From Burkholderiaceae bacterium (lineage in GTDB: Bacteria > Pseudomonadota > Gammaproteobacteria > Burkholderiales > Burkholderiaceae_C), in assembly GCA_039934375.1 (NCBI GenBank), contig JBDTMH010000001.1, forward strand, positions 6,648-70,647: 64,000 nt of DNA, written 5' to 3'. This document shows positions 51,988-63,090 of the stretch, one piece after another (the stretch's first letter is position 1; each line of letters begins with the position of its first letter). The notes beneath the pieces are model-generated. The model saw only the letters and a program-made list of their open reading frames with translations, did not search any database and was not told the DNA's origin. The position numbers and the translations under genes are program-made.

Positions 51988-52788
51988 ATGACAAAGGCCA
52001 GGATGACAGCTTCCACCATCAAACAGTTCGACGGTTCAGCCCCGCAATCCGCCCATCACGGACCGGTCGTTGCGAGTTCGCACGAAACGAAGCTCAATCG
52101 GCTTTTGGCGGCGCTACCGGATGCGGAACTGAAGCGTTGGCTGCCGCACCTTGAGCTGGTCGAATTGCCTCTGGGTCGCGTGCTTTATGAGTCTGGAAGA
52201 ACCGAAAGCCATGTTTTCTTTCCAACCTCTGCCATCGTTTCCCTGTTGTATGTCATGGAGAATGGCGACTCCGCCGAGATTGCCGTCGTGGGTAACGAAG
52301 GCCTCGTGGGCATTTCGCTTTTCATGGGTGGCAATTCGACACCCAGCCGGGCCGTCGTGCAAAGTGGCGGCAACGGATATCGGTTGGGCGCCGAACTGAT
52401 GAAAGAAGAATTTTCGCGCGGCGGGCCGGCAATGCATTTGCTGCTGCGTTACACGCAAGCACTTATCACCCAAATGTCACAAACCGCGGTCTGCAACCGA
52501 CACCATTCCCTGGACCAGCAATTGTGTCGCTGGCTCTTGCTGAGTCTGGACCGTCTTCCAGGCAATGAACTGGTGATGACGCAGGAGTTGATTGCGAACA
52601 TGCTCGGCGTGCGGCGCGAGGGAGTCACCGAGGCGGCGCTGAAGGTGCAAAAGGCCGGTTTGATCAGCTACACGCGTGGCCGCATCAAGGTACTGGACCG
52701 CGCAGGACTGGAGAAGCGCTCCTGCGAGTGTTACGAAGTGGTCAAGAAGGAATACGATCGACTGCTGCCCATGCAGATGGAATCATAG
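51988..52788 (+). CDS. Crp/Fnr family transcriptional regulator
   Basis: NRLLAAL, VGNEG cNMP-domain motif, HTH TQELIANMLGVRREGVT. Start uncertain. Confidence 0.93.
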   Translation: MTKARMTASTIKQFDGSAPQSAHHGPVVASSHETKLNRLLAALPDAELKRWLPHLELVELPLGRVLYESGRTESHVFFPTSAIVSLLYVMENGDSAEIAVVGNEGLVGISLFMGGNSTPSRAVVQSGGNGYRLGAELMKEEFSRGGPAMHLLLRYTQALITQMSQTAVCNRHHSLDQQLCRWLLLSLDRLPGNELVMTQELIANMLGVRREGVTEAALKVQKAGLISYTRGRIKVLDRAGLEKRSCECYEVVKKEYDRLLPMQMES

Positions 52789-52875
52789 GTCGACCTGCGT
52801 TCGGCGCCTGCAAACCCCGGGGCAGTTCCAGGACAGCCGTCTTCTCAAACTCTCGACCAAATTCAGGAAGCAACC

Positions 52876-53928
52876 GTGCGCTTGCATCCAACAACTCCGG
52901 CGTTGCGGGGCGGCCTGCTGGCACTTTTGTCGGCCGGGCTGTTCGGACTCAGCACGCCCTTGGTTCAGCTCTTTGGACACGGCCTTGGCCCGTTCACCAC
53001 AGCGGCGCTTTTGTATGTTGGCGCGGCGCTGGTTGCAATGCTCTTGCGTCAACCGCCGGAACGCGAGGCACGCGTTCGACGTGCGGACCTGACACGTCTG
53101 CTCGCCATGGCGGGCTTTGGCGCCGTGCTCGGGCCAGTTGCGCTGGCATGGGGATTGCAGCGAACGAGTGGTTCGAGCGCATCACTGATGTTGACGCTCG
53201 AAGCCTTGTTCACAGTGGTGCTTGCCTGGAAGCTCTATGGCGAGACCATGGACAGGCGTGTCGGGGCTGCGATGCTGCTGCTGCTGGCCGGTGGCGCAGC
53301 GCTGGTGCTGGAGCAGGGATTGGCCGGCAACACTCAACTACTGGGTTTGCTGGCGGTGTTGGTCGCGACCGCAGCCTGGGGTGTGGACAACGCGCTTTCC
53401 CGCGGTGTTGCCGAGCGCGACCCCGGACAGGTGGTGCTGGTCAAGGCCGCTCTGGGAGCTATGGCCACACTCACTCTGGCGGTGGTGGCTGGCGAGCCGA
53501 TGCCGGGAATCATGGCCGCTGGCGCGTTGCTGGTCGTGGGCGCAAGCGGCTACGGACTGAGTCTTCGCCTGTACCTGCTGGCACAGCGGGAGTTTGGCGC
53601 TGGTCGCACCGGTTCCGTCTTCGCCTTCGCGCCGTTTATCGGTGCGTTGGGGGCGCTTGCCCTCGGCGATCGATCATCCACCTGGATGATGGCCGTCGGT
53701 GGCTTACTCATGGTGATTGGCGTCATATTGCATCTTTCGGAGTCGCATGCCCACGTCCACAACCACGAGGCGTTGGAACATGAACATGCCCACACCCATA
53801 ACGACGGCCATCACCTGCACACACATGACACCATGCCAGCGGGCAAACACAGCCACCGGCATCGCCATGAGCCGATCCGGCACTCCCACCCCCACGTGCC
53901 GGACGCCCATCACCTGCATTCGCACTGA
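52876..53928 (+). CDS. DMT/EamA transporter with His-rich C-terminal tail
   Basis: About 10 TM segments, WGVDN, LGAGRT-like motif; 23 His in the last 60 residues. Confidence 0.88.
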   Translation: MRLHPTTPALRGGLLALLSAGLFGLSTPLVQLFGHGLGPFTTAALLYVGAALVAMLLRQPPEREARVRRADLTRLLAMAGFGAVLGPVALAWGLQRTSGSSASLMLTLEALFTVVLAWKLYGETMDRRVGAAMLLLLAGGAALVLEQGLAGNTQLLGLLAVLVATAAWGVDNALSRGVAERDPGQVVLVKAALGAMATLTLAVVAGEPMPGIMAAGALLVVGASGYGLSLRLYLLAQREFGAGRTGSVFAFAPFIGALGALALGDRSSTWMMAVGGLLMVIGVILHLSESHAHVHNHEALEHEHAHTHNDGHHLHTHDTMPAGKHSHRHRHEPIRHSHPHVPDAHHLHSH

Positions 53929-54094
53929 ACCGACAAACGGCTGCTCGCGGCAATCTATTCGAATGGCCGATCCTGGCGGTTGTGAAAACCTTTTCATCGT
54001 GGTCGATGCATGCCCGTCAAAATAACCCCCATTGCGGCTGTACGCTCCGTCCCGAATGGGGACCTATGCATTTGTGGTCAGCCAGGCTAGGGCC

Positions 54095-55348
54095 TCAGTT
54101 GGCCAACAGCCATCCTGCGACGGCGGAAAACAAGACGACCACTACGGGGGAAAGACGTGCATGGACCAGCAACCCGAAGGCTGCCAAAGCAAGTCCGAAA
54201 TCGGCTCTTGAGTGGATGGCACTGGTCCACACCGGGTCGTAGAGGGCGGCCAGCAACACTCCGACGACCGCCGCGTTGACCCCCGCCATGGCGCGTTGGA
54301 CCGCATCGCGCCGGCGCAAGGTTTCCCAGTATGGAAGCGCGCCGACCACCAGCAGGAAGGCGGGGACGAAGATGGCCAAAAGCAACGCGAGTCCGCCAGT
54401 CCAGCCACCGAACGGGCTGTGCATGACGGCACCCAGGTAGGCCGCGAACGTGAACAACGGGCCCGGCACTGCTTGGGCCGCACCGTATCCGGCAAGGAAG
54501 ACATCGTTGGAAACCAGGCCATCGGGAACGACGCCGGCCTGCAGCAGCGGAAGCACCACATGCCCGCCGCCAAATACCAAGGCGCCGGCATGGTAGAACT
54601 TGGCAATGACAGACAGCGCCGGCGAGTGCACCGCGTCGCCCAGAAGAGGTAACACCACCAGCAACACCATGAACAGGCCCAGGAGAACGGCTCCGGTCGC
54701 CTTGCTCACCCCATAGTCGCGGTGTTGTGCTGCGGGAAGATGGCCAAGCTTGAGCATCCAGCGACCCACGATGCCTCCCACCACGATGGCTGCAATTTGC
54801 CCTGCCGCCGTAGGTACCGCAAGCACCGATAGGGCGGCGGCAATGGCAACGCCGGCGCGCAGCCTGTCAGGACACAGTGATTTGGCCATGCCCCATACCG
54901 CTTGCGCGACAACGGCGACCGCAGCCACTTTCAGGCCGTGGACCGCGCCCGATTGCGCTAGCGCCGTCCATCGAGTGACACCGGCCGCGAACAAGATCAG
55001 TGCCAGGGCCGAGGGGAGCGTGAATCCCACCCATGCGGCCAGCGCTCCGGCCCAACCGGCACGGCCCAATCCGAGCGCAATGCCCACCTGGCTGCTCGCG
55101 GGACCCGGCAAGAACTGGCACAGCGCGACCAAGTCCGAATAGCTCTTGTCGTCAAGCCAGCCGCGGCGCACAACGAACTCCGCACGGAAGTAACCGAGGT
55201 GGGCCACCGGTCCGCCAAAGGACGTCAGGCCAAGCCTGAGAAAAGCGAGGAAGACCTCGAGCACCGTGCCGCTTGCGCGGCTGGCGCCAACCCCATCAGC
55301 GACGGTTTGTGCGGCGGATTCAGGCTCGGGTCGCTGCGACGGGTTCAT
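54095..55348 (-). CDS. chrA: Chromate efflux transporter (long-chain CHR)
   Basis: FLRLGLTSFGGP, QFLPGPASSQ, FGGGHVVLP, QAVPGP. Confidence 0.93.
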   Translation of the reverse strand: MNPSQRPEPESAAQTVADGVGASRASGTVLEVFLAFLRLGLTSFGGPVAHLGYFRAEFVVRRGWLDDKSYSDLVALCQFLPGPASSQVGIALGLGRAGWAGALAAWVGFTLPSALALILFAAGVTRWTALAQSGAVHGLKVAAVAVVAQAVWGMAKSLCPDRLRAGVAIAAALSVLAVPTAAGQIAAIVVGGIVGRWMLKLGHLPAAQHRDYGVSKATGAVLLGLFMVLLVVLPLLGDAVHSPALSVIAKFYHAGALVFGGGHVVLPLLQAGVVPDGLVSNDVFLAGYGAAQAVPGPLFTFAAYLGAVMHSPFGGWTGGLALLLAIFVPAFLLVVGALPYWETLRRRDAVQRAMAGVNAAVVGVLLAALYDPVWTSAIHSRADFGLALAAFGLLVHARLSPVVVVLFSAVAGWLLAN

Positions 55349-55561
55349 GGGTCAAGACTTCTCCGACATGCGCTGCGAAAAGCAGGACGCGCACTCAGGC
55401 AAACGCCACAAAGATGGCTCAGACATTATCTGTCATCGATTTTGAAGGAGGCATCGTCGATATGGAAGGTGGGCGCCCCTTGCCTCGGACTCAATGGGGG
55501 TTCGACGTTCAAGCACACCGAGGCCTTCTCGTTCCAGGTTGCGACCAACTGCGCAACGCGC

Positions 55562-55580
55562 TCTTGATGCGATCTTGATG
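55562..55580 (+). promoter_or_regulatory. Candidate KdpE binding site
   Basis: TCTTGATG direct repeat with 11-bp period upstream of the kdp operon, typical geometry for OmpR-family regulators. Confidence 0.5.
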
Positions 55581-55653
55581 TCCAGCGTTCGAATCTTTTC
55601 ACGACCTTGAGGCTCCGAGTCCGATCATCAAATCCTTGTGAAAAGGAGATTGC

Positions 55654-55755
55654 ATGGACCTGTTCTATCTCATCGCGGCCGGCCTGCTGTGGTTGGCCGT
55701 GTTCGGCCTCGCACTCGCGTGCGAACGGCTTCAAACCGCCAAGGTGAAGCCATGA
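55654..55755 (+). CDS. 33-aa single-TM peptide preceding kdpF
   Basis: AAGGAG RBS; [33 protein letters not shown]; ATGA overlap with kdpF. Confidence 0.7.
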   Translation: MDLFYLIAAGLLWLAVFGLALACERLQTAKVKP

Positions 55756-55844
55756 CGCCGTGGGAATTTGGCGCGGGGTTGCTCGCCCTCGGGTTGCTGG
55801 TCTACTTGGTCGCCGTGCTGTTGCATCCGGAGGACTTCTCATGA
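55752..55844 (+). CDS. kdpF: K+-transporting ATPase subunit F
   Basis: 30 aa, [15 protein letters not shown] motif; ATGA overlap with kdpA. Confidence 0.9.
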   Translation: MTPWEFGAGLLALGLLVYLVAVLLHPEDFS

Positions 55845-57634
55845 ACGCGCCAGCCTGGATGCAACTGTCCGCCTACCTGGCGATATTGCTGCTGCTTGCC
55901 TGGCCGCTGGCGCGGGCGATGGAAGCCGTGGTTCAGGGCCGCTTCGGCTGGGGCCGACGTGTGGAGTCGCCGCTGTATCGCCTGGCCGGCGTCGACCCGC
56001 AACGCGAGCAGGGCTGGCTGGACTATGCGTCGGGCCTGCTGGTCTTCAATGGCCTGGGCGTGCTCGCGGTCTACGCGCTGCAGCGTCTGCAAGTCGTGCT
56101 GCCGCTGAACCCACAGGCGATGGCCGCCGTGGCGCCCGACTCGGCCTTCAACACCGCCATCAGCTTCGTCACGAACACCAACTGGCAGGGCTACGGCGGT
56201 GAATCGACGATGAGCTACCTGACCCAAATGCTGGCGCTGACGGTGCAGAACTTCCTGTCCGCGGCCACCGGCATCGTGGTCGTGGTGGTGTTGATGCGCG
56301 GCTTCGCGCGCCACTCGGCTCAGGCCATCGGCAACGTCTGGGTCGATCTGACGCGGGTCACGCTGTGGATCCTGCTGCCGCTGTCTTTCGTGTTCGCGCT
56401 GGTGCTGGTGGGCCAAGGCGTGATCCAGAACCTCAAGCCGTACCAAGAGGTGCAGACGGTCGAAGCCATCACGTGGCAGCAGCCCCAGGTCGGGGCCGAC
56501 GGTCAGCCGCGCCAGGACGCCCAGGGCCAGCCGATGCTGGAAGACAAGAGCTCGCGCACGCAGACGCTCGCGATGGGCCCGGTCGCGTCGCAACTTTCCA
56601 TCAAGATGCTTGGCACCAACGGCGGCGGCTTTTTCAATGCGAACTCGGCCCATCCGTTCGAGAACCCGAACGCCGTCAGCAATTTCCTGCAGATGCTGTC
56701 GATCTTCCTGATCCCGACCGCGCTGTGCTTCGTCTTCGGCCGCATCGTCGGCGACCTGCGCCAGGGCTGGGCGGTGCTGGCGGCGATGACGGTGGTATTC
56801 GTCGTCGCCGTCGTCGCCGCGACGGTGGCTGAACAGCAGGGCAACCCGGCGCTCACGTCGCTGGGCGCTGACGCGCAGGCCAGCACCACCCAGTCCGGCG
56901 GCAACACCGAAGGCAAGGAAGTGCGCTTCGGCATCAACGCCTCGACGCTGTTTGCCGTCGTCACCACGGCGGCCAGCTGCGGCGCCGTGAACTCCATGCA
57001 CGACAGCTACACGCCGCTGGGCGGCGCAGTGCCGATGGTGATGATGCAGCTCGGCGAGGTCATCTTCGGCGGCGTCGGATCGGGCCTGTACGGCATGCTG
57101 GTCTTCGCGATGATGGCCGTCTTCATCGCCGGTCTGATGATCGGCCGCACGCCCGAGTATCTGGGCAAGAAGATCGAAGTACACGAGATGAAGATGGTCT
57201 CGATCGCTATCCTCGTGGGCCCGCTGCTGGTGCTGCTGGGCACGGCTCTGGCCGTGATGCTTGATGCCGGCCGCGCCACCATCGCCAACCCCGGCCCGCA
57301 TGGATTCTCTGAAGCGCTGTATGCCCTGTCTTCAGCGGCCAACAACAACGGCAGCGCCTTTGCCGGACTGGGTGCGAACACGCCTTTCTACAACGCGTTG
57401 CTGGCGGTTGCAATGTGGCTGGGCCGCTTCGGCGTGATCGTGCCGGTGCTGGCGATCGCCGGCTCGCTGGCTGCCAAGAAGCGCATCGCGACAACGGACG
57501 GCACCTTGCCAACCCACGGGCCCTTGTTCGTCGCGCTGCTGATCGGCACGGTTCTGCTGGTCGGCCTGCTGAATTACGTGCCGGCGCTCGCGCTTGGGCC
57601 CGTCGTCGAACACCTGATGCTGCATGCGCGCTGA
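55841..57634 (+). CDS. kdpA: K+-transporting ATPase subunit A
   Basis: [47 protein letters not shown]. Confidence 0.97.
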   Translation: MNAPAWMQLSAYLAILLLLAWPLARAMEAVVQGRFGWGRRVESPLYRLAGVDPQREQGWLDYASGLLVFNGLGVLAVYALQRLQVVLPLNPQAMAAVAPDSAFNTAISFVTNTNWQGYGGESTMSYLTQMLALTVQNFLSAATGIVVVVVLMRGFARHSAQAIGNVWVDLTRVTLWILLPLSFVFALVLVGQGVIQNLKPYQEVQTVEAITWQQPQVGADGQPRQDAQGQPMLEDKSSRTQTLAMGPVASQLSIKMLGTNGGGFFNANSAHPFENPNAVSNFLQMLSIFLIPTALCFVFGRIVGDLRQGWAVLAAMTVVFVVAVVAATVAEQQGNPALTSLGADAQASTTQSGGNTEGKEVRFGINASTLFAVVTTAASCGAVNSMHDSYTPLGGAVPMVMMQLGEVIFGGVGSGLYGMLVFAMMAVFIAGLMIGRTPEYLGKKIEVHEMKMVSIAILVGPLLVLLGTALAVMLDAGRATIANPGPHGFSEALYALSSAANNNGSAFAGLGANTPFYNALLAVAMWLGRFGVIVPVLAIAGSLAAKKRIATTDGTLPTHGPLFVALLIGTVLLVGLLNYVPALALGPVVEHLMLHAR

Positions 57635-57643
57635 AAGAAAACC

Positions 57644-59743
57644 ATGACCCGACCCACCCTCACCCTCTTTGACCCTGCGCTGCTTAAACCTGCGCTGGTC
57701 GACGCCGTGCGCAAGCTCGACCCGCGCGTGCAGTGGCGCAACCCGGTGATGTTTGTCGTCTACGTGGGCAGCGTCTTCACCACCGCGCTGGCGGCGGCTC
57801 AGCCAAATGGCTTCAGCATCGGCGTAGCCGTGTGGCTGTGGTTCACCGTGCTGTTCGCCAACTTCGCCGAGGCCCTGGCCGAAGGCCGCAGCAAGGCGCA
57901 GGCCGCATCGCTGCGGGGCCTGAAAAAGAAGACCTGGGCCAAGCGTCTGGAAAAAACGCCGGCTGGCGAATACACACATGGCACGGCACGCACCGCCATC
58001 AAGTGGCACCCGCTGGAGGCCGACAACCTGCGCAAGGGCGACACCGTGCTCATCGAGGCCGGCGACACCGTCCCCGCCGACGGTGAGGTGATCGACGGCG
58101 TGGCCTCGGTCGACGAAAGTGCGATTACCGGCGAATCCGCCCCCGTCATCCGCGAATCCGGCGGCGACTTCTCTGCCGTCACCGGCGGTACGCGCGTGCT
58201 CTCGGACTGGGTCGTCGTACGCGTGTCGGTGAACCCGGGCGAAACCTTTGTCGACCGCATGATCGCAATGGTCGAGAACGCGAAGCGGCAGAAGACGCCT
58301 AACGAGATCGCGCTGACCATCCTGCTGGTGGCGCTGACGATCGTCTTCCTGATCGTGGTCGTCACGCTGCTGCCGTTCTCGGCCTTCGGTGTGCAAGCCG
58401 CCGGTGCCGGGCAGCCGGTCAGTCTGGTAATCCTGGTGGCGCTGCTGGTGTGCCTGATCCCGACCACCATTGCGGGCCTGTTGTCCGCCATCGGTGTCGC
58501 CGGCATGAGCCGCATGATGCAGGCCGGCGTGATCGCCACGTCGGGCCGCGCGGTCGAGGCCGCCGGCGATGTCGACGTGCTGCTGCTCGACAAGACCGGC
58601 ACCATCACTCTGGGCAACCGCCAGGCCAGTGCCTTCATCCCGGCCGCCGGCGTGAAGGAAGCCGAGTTGGCCGATGCGGCGCAGCTGGCTTCGCTGGCGG
58701 ATGAGACACCGGAGGGCCGCAGCATCGTCGTGCTGGCCAAGCAGAAGTTCCCGCTGCGCGAACGCGACGTGGCCACGCTGGGTGCCAGCTTCATCCACTT
58801 CGCGGCGCAGACGCGCATGAGCGGTGCCGACCTGCATGGTCATGGCGAGCCTGCTGGCCCTGTGCGGCAGCTGCGCAAGGGCGCGGCCGACGCCATCCGC
58901 CGCCACGTCGAAGCGCTGGGCGGTAGCTTCCCGGCGGCGCTGCAGGCCGCCGTCGACGATGTGGCGCGTCGTGGCAGCACGCCCCTGGTGGTGGCCGACG
59001 GCCAGCGCGTTCTGGGGGTCGTCGAACTCAAGGACATCGTCAAGGGCGGCATCAAGGAACGCTTCGCCGAGCTTCGCCGCATGGGCATCAAGACTGTGAT
59101 GGTGACCGGCGACAACCGGCTGACGGCCGCGGCGATTGCCGCCGAAGCCGGTGTCGACGACTTCCTGGCCGAAGCCACCCCGCAGGCCAAGCTGAAGTTG
59201 ATCCGCGAGCACCAGGCCGCCGGACGCCTGGTGGCGATGACCGGCGACGGCACCAACGACGCTCCGGCGCTGGCCCAGGCCGACGTGGCGGTGGCGATGA
59301 ACACCGGCACCCAGGCCGCCAAGGAGGCCGGCAACATGGTTGACCTCGACAGCAACCCGACCAAGCTGATCGAGATCGTCGAGACCGGCAAGCAGATGCT
59401 GATGACGCGCGGCTCGCTCACCACCTTCAGCATCGCCAACGACGTGGCGAAGTACTTCGCCATTGTCCCGGCCGCTTTTGTGGCCACCTATCCGCAGCTG
59501 GGCGCACTGAACGTCATGCAGCTGGCCAGCCCGAACTCGGCCATCCTGTCGGCGGTGATCTTCAACGCGCTGATCATCGTCGTGTTGATCCCGCTGGCGC
59601 TCAAGGGCGTGCCCTACCGCGCCGTGGGCGCGGCAACGTTGCTGCGGCGCAACCTGTTCGTCTACGGTCTGGGCGGCGTTATCGTGCCCTTCATCGGCAT
59701 CAAGCTCATCGACATGGGTCTTGCCGCGCTTGGCCTTGCTTAA
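57644..59743 (+). CDS. kdpB: K+-transporting P-type ATPase subunit B
   Basis: TGES, CLIPTTI, DKTGT, TGDN, GDGTND. Confidence 0.98.
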   Translation: MTRPTLTLFDPALLKPALVDAVRKLDPRVQWRNPVMFVVYVGSVFTTALAAAQPNGFSIGVAVWLWFTVLFANFAEALAEGRSKAQAASLRGLKKKTWAKRLEKTPAGEYTHGTARTAIKWHPLEADNLRKGDTVLIEAGDTVPADGEVIDGVASVDESAITGESAPVIRESGGDFSAVTGGTRVLSDWVVVRVSVNPGETFVDRMIAMVENAKRQKTPNEIALTILLVALTIVFLIVVVTLLPFSAFGVQAAGAGQPVSLVILVALLVCLIPTTIAGLLSAIGVAGMSRMMQAGVIATSGRAVEAAGDVDVLLLDKTGTITLGNRQASAFIPAAGVKEAELADAAQLASLADETPEGRSIVVLAKQKFPLRERDVATLGASFIHFAAQTRMSGADLHGHGEPAGPVRQLRKGAADAIRRHVEALGGSFPAALQAAVDDVARRGSTPLVVADGQRVLGVVELKDIVKGGIKERFAELRRMGIKTVMVTGDNRLTAAAIAAEAGVDDFLAEATPQAKLKLIREHQAAGRLVAMTGDGTNDAPALAQADVAVAMNTGTQAAKEAGNMVDLDSNPTKLIEIVETGKQMLMTRGSLTTFSIANDVAKYFAIVPAAFVATYPQLGALNVMQLASPNSAILSAVIFNALIIVVLIPLALKGVPYRAVGAATLLRRNLFVYGLGGVIVPFIGIKLIDMGLAALGLA

Positions 59744-59754
59744 GGAAAGAAATC

Positions 59755-60330
59755 ATGAACTTCCAACTTCGCCCCGCGCTGACACTCTTCGTCGTGCTTT
59801 CTCTGCTGACCGGTCTGGTCTATCCGCTGGCCGTGACCGGCGTCGCGCAGCTAGCCTTTGCCGACCGCGCCAACGGCAGCCTGCTCGTACGCAACGGCCA
59901 GGTCGTCGGCTCCGAGCTGATTGGCCAGTCTTTTGGAGACCCCAGGCACTTCTGGAGTCGGCCCTCGGCGACTGCTCCGATGCCCTACCACGCGGCGCAT
60001 TCGGGCGCCTCGAACCTGGGGCCGAGCAATCCGGCGCTGGCCGAGGCCGTGAAGGCGCGTATCGCGGCGTTGCGGGCTGCGGACCCCGGCAACTCGGCGC
60101 CAGTACCGGTGGACCTGGTCACGGCATCTGCCAGTGGCCTGGATCCGCACATCAGCCGCGCTGCAGCGGACTATCAGGTATCGCGGGTGGCGCGCGCTCG
60201 TTCCCTGTCGGAGACCCGGGTGCGCGAACTGGTCGATCGCTACACCGAAGCGCCCTTGCTGGGTTTCATCGGCGAGCCCCGGGTCCATGTGCTGCGGCTG
60301 AATCTGGCGCTCGATGCCGACGGCTCCTGA
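59755..60330 (+). CDS. kdpC: K+-transporting ATPase subunit C
   Basis: [26 protein letters not shown]. Confidence 0.96.
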   Translation: MNFQLRPALTLFVVLSLLTGLVYPLAVTGVAQLAFADRANGSLLVRNGQVVGSELIGQSFGDPRHFWSRPSATAPMPYHAAHSGASNLGPSNPALAEAVKARIAALRAADPGNSAPVPVDLVTASASGLDPHISRAAADYQVSRVARARSLSETRVRELVDRYTEAPLLGFIGEPRVHVLRLNLALDADGS

Positions 60331-60360
60331 GGTGCGCGCCCACGGCGATGTGGCGGTGGC

Positions 60361-63081
60361 ATGATGGCGGCGATGATGCCCCCTGAGCGCCCCGATCCGG
60401 ACCAGCTGCTGCAGCAGGTGGCACGAGACGAAGCACGGTCGCAGCACGGCAAGCTGAAGATCTTCTTCGGTGCGTCGGCGGGGGTCGGGAAGACATACGC
60501 GATGCTGGCCGCCGCCCGCGCCGCGCGCGTGCAGGAGGTGACCCTGATCGTGGGTCTGGTGGAGTCCCATGGGCGCGCCGAGACCGAGGCCATGGCGCAG
60601 GATCTGCCCCGGCTCTCGCTCAGGTCCGTGTCCTATCGCGACCACGTGCTGCAGGAATTTGACCTTGACGCTGCGCTGGAGTGGGCCAAGGCGCAGGCCG
60701 AGCCGCTGATCCTGCTGGACGAGCTTGCGCATAGCAACGCACCGGGGTCGCGCCATCTCAAGCGCTGGCAGGACGTACAAGAGATGCTGGACGCAGGCAT
60801 CGACGTCTGGTCGACGATGAACGTACAACACCTGGAGAGCCTGAACGACATCGTCAGCGGGATCACCGGTATTCGGGTCTGGGAGACCGTGCCCGACCGC
60901 CTGTTTGACGAAGCCGACGAGGTGGTGGTGGTTGACCTGCCTCCCGACGAGTTGCTTGATCGACTGAAGGCAGGCAAGGTCTACCTGCCGCAGCATGTCG
61001 AGCGGGCGACAAACAACTTCTTTCGCAAGGGCAACCTGCTGGCGTTGCGCGAACTGGCGCTGCGGCGCACGGCCGATCGCGTGGACGGCGAGATGCAGGC
61101 TTGGCGACGGCGGTCGTCGGTACAGTCTGTTTGGCCAAACCGCGAAGCGCTGTTGGCCTGTATCGGGGTGGGCGACGGCGGCGAAAAGGTCGTGCGCGCG
61201 AGCGCGCGGTTGGCCGCGCAGCTCAATGTATCCTGGCACGCGGTCACTGTCGAGACTACCGTCAGCCAGCGCTGGCCCGACGCGCGGCGCGATCAGGTGC
61301 TGCGCGTGCTGAAGCTGGCCCAGCAACTTGGGGCCACGGTGGCCACGCCCGCCGCGCCCGCTGTGGCCCCGGCGTTGGTTCGTTACGCGCGCGACAACAA
61401 CCTGTCTCGCCTGGTCATCGGGCGAACCCGGCGCCGCTGGCCCTGGCAGCAGTCGCCGGCAGATCGCATTGCCGCGCTGGCCGACGAACTCGATGTCGTG
61501 CAGCTGGCCCAACCTGTGCTGGAGCGCGCACGGTCTGCATCCGAACCGTCAAAGGTTATTGCTGGCAAGCTGCCTTGGAGTGGCTACGCCGCTGCAGTGA
61601 CGGCCTGCCTTGTTACCGCGCTGCTGGCCACCCCGTTGCTGGGGCTGCTCGAACTCACCAACATCGTGATGGTGTTCCTGCTTGCCGTGGTGGGCGTGGG
61701 TTGGTTCTACGGCCGCGGCCCGGCGGTGCTGGCGGCGTTTCTGGGTGTGGCGCTGTTCGACTTCTCCTTCGTTCCGCCGCGGTTCACTTTCGAAGTCAGC
61801 GATGTGCAATACCTGGTGACCTTCGCCGTCATGCTGGTGGTAGCGTTGGCGATCGGTCAGCTGACCGCGGTGCTCAAGGTGCAGGCGGAAGCGGCGACAC
61901 AGCGCGAGCACCGCATGCGCAGACTCTACGAAATGTCGCGTGATCTCTCGGCCGCGTTGCTGCCCGAGCAGGTGGCCGAAATCGGTGCCCGGTTCCTGAC
62001 AGCCGAGTTCCGCGCGAAATCGACATTGCTGGCGGCCGACGCCCATGACCGGTTGGTAGCGCTGCCAAGAGGTAGCGCGGCGGTCGACGATGCGGTGGCG
62101 CAGTGGGCTTTTGACCGTGGCGAGCCGGCCGGTTTTGGAACCGATACCCTGGCCGCTAGTGCCTGTCTGGTGTTGCCGCTGAAGGCACCCATGCGTCTGC
62201 GCGGCGTGTTGGCGTTGGAACCCGCAGACCGCAACATGCTGGGTCCGGATCAACGCCGGTTGCTGGACACCTGCGCTTCGCTATTGGCGATCTCGCTGGA
62301 GCGCATTCACTATATTGACGTGGCGCAAAAGAGCACCGTGCAGATCGAGTCCGAGCGGCTGCGCAACTCATTGCTTTCAGCCATATCGCACGATCTGCGC
62401 ACGCCGCTGGCGGCGATGGTCGGCCTGGCTGATACGCTGGTGATGACGCCGCCGCCGCTCTCGACGGTGAAGGGCGAACTGGCAGCGTCGATCCGGGAGT
62501 CCGCGCTGCGCATGAATGCGATGGTCGGCAATCTGCTGGACATGGCCCGTCTGGAGGCCGGTGCGGTCCCGATGCGACGCGAGTGGCAGCCCCTGGAGGA
62601 GGTCGTCGGAAGTGCGCTGGCGGCTTGCGCTTCGGCGTTGCAGGGGCGACCAATCCAAGTGAAGCTTGCCGATGACCTGCCATTGCTCGAACTGGACGCA
62701 GTATTGTTCGAACGTGTGCTGGTCAACCTGCTGGAGAATGCGGTGAAGTACACCCCTGCAGGCAGTGCCATCGAGTTGTCGGCGACGGCCTCGCCCTCGG
62801 CCGTCTCGATCCATGTGGACGACTTCGGGCCGGGGTTGCCCGTCGGGCGGGAGGAGGCCTTGTTCAACAAATTCGAGCGCGGCAGCAAGGAAAGCACAAT
62901 GCCTGGTGTGGGGCTCGGACTGGCAATCGCGCGGGCCATCGTGCTGGCACACCATGGGTCCATCCGCGGCGAAAACCGGTCTGGGCCATCTGGCACCACA
63001 GGCGCCCGATTCACGATCGAGCTGCCACGCGGGGAACCACCCGTGGACGACGGCAGCACGAGTGCGATTGCCACCGTTTAG
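60361..63081 (+). CDS. kdpD: Sensor kinase KdpD
   Basis: GASAGVGKT, DELAHSN, NVQHLESLND, Usp, four TM, GAF, SHDLRTPL. Confidence 0.96.
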   Translation: MMAAMMPPERPDPDQLLQQVARDEARSQHGKLKIFFGASAGVGKTYAMLAAARAARVQEVTLIVGLVESHGRAETEAMAQDLPRLSLRSVSYRDHVLQEFDLDAALEWAKAQAEPLILLDELAHSNAPGSRHLKRWQDVQEMLDAGIDVWSTMNVQHLESLNDIVSGITGIRVWETVPDRLFDEADEVVVVDLPPDELLDRLKAGKVYLPQHVERATNNFFRKGNLLALRELALRRTADRVDGEMQAWRRRSSVQSVWPNREALLACIGVGDGGEKVVRASARLAAQLNVSWHAVTVETTVSQRWPDARRDQVLRVLKLAQQLGATVATPAAPAVAPALVRYARDNNLSRLVIGRTRRRWPWQQSPADRIAALADELDVVQLAQPVLERARSASEPSKVIAGKLPWSGYAAAVTACLVTALLATPLLGLLELTNIVMVFLLAVVGVGWFYGRGPAVLAAFLGVALFDFSFVPPRFTFEVSDVQYLVTFAVMLVVALAIGQLTAVLKVQAEAATQREHRMRRLYEMSRDLSAALLPEQVAEIGARFLTAEFRAKSTLLAADAHDRLVALPRGSAAVDDAVAQWAFDRGEPAGFGTDTLAASACLVLPLKAPMRLRGVLALEPADRNMLGPDQRRLLDTCASLLAISLERIHYIDVAQKSTVQIESERLRNSLLSAISHDLRTPLAAMVGLADTLVMTPPPLSTVKGELAASIRESALRMNAMVGNLLDMARLEAGAVPMRREWQPLEEVVGSALAACASALQGRPIQVKLADDLPLLELDAVLFERVLVNLLENAVKYTPAGSAIELSATASPSAVSIHVDDFGPGLPVGREEALFNKFERGSKESTMPGVGLGLAIARAIVLAHHGSIRGENRSGPSGTTGARFTIELPRGEPPVDDGSTSAIATV

Positions 63082-63090
63082 GATCGGCCC

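Noticed and set aside
55426-55560. Minus-strand peptide GAPTFHIDDASF upstream of chrA, vaguely like ChrB
   Set aside because: Too short and weak to call a pseudogene; no start or RBS support.
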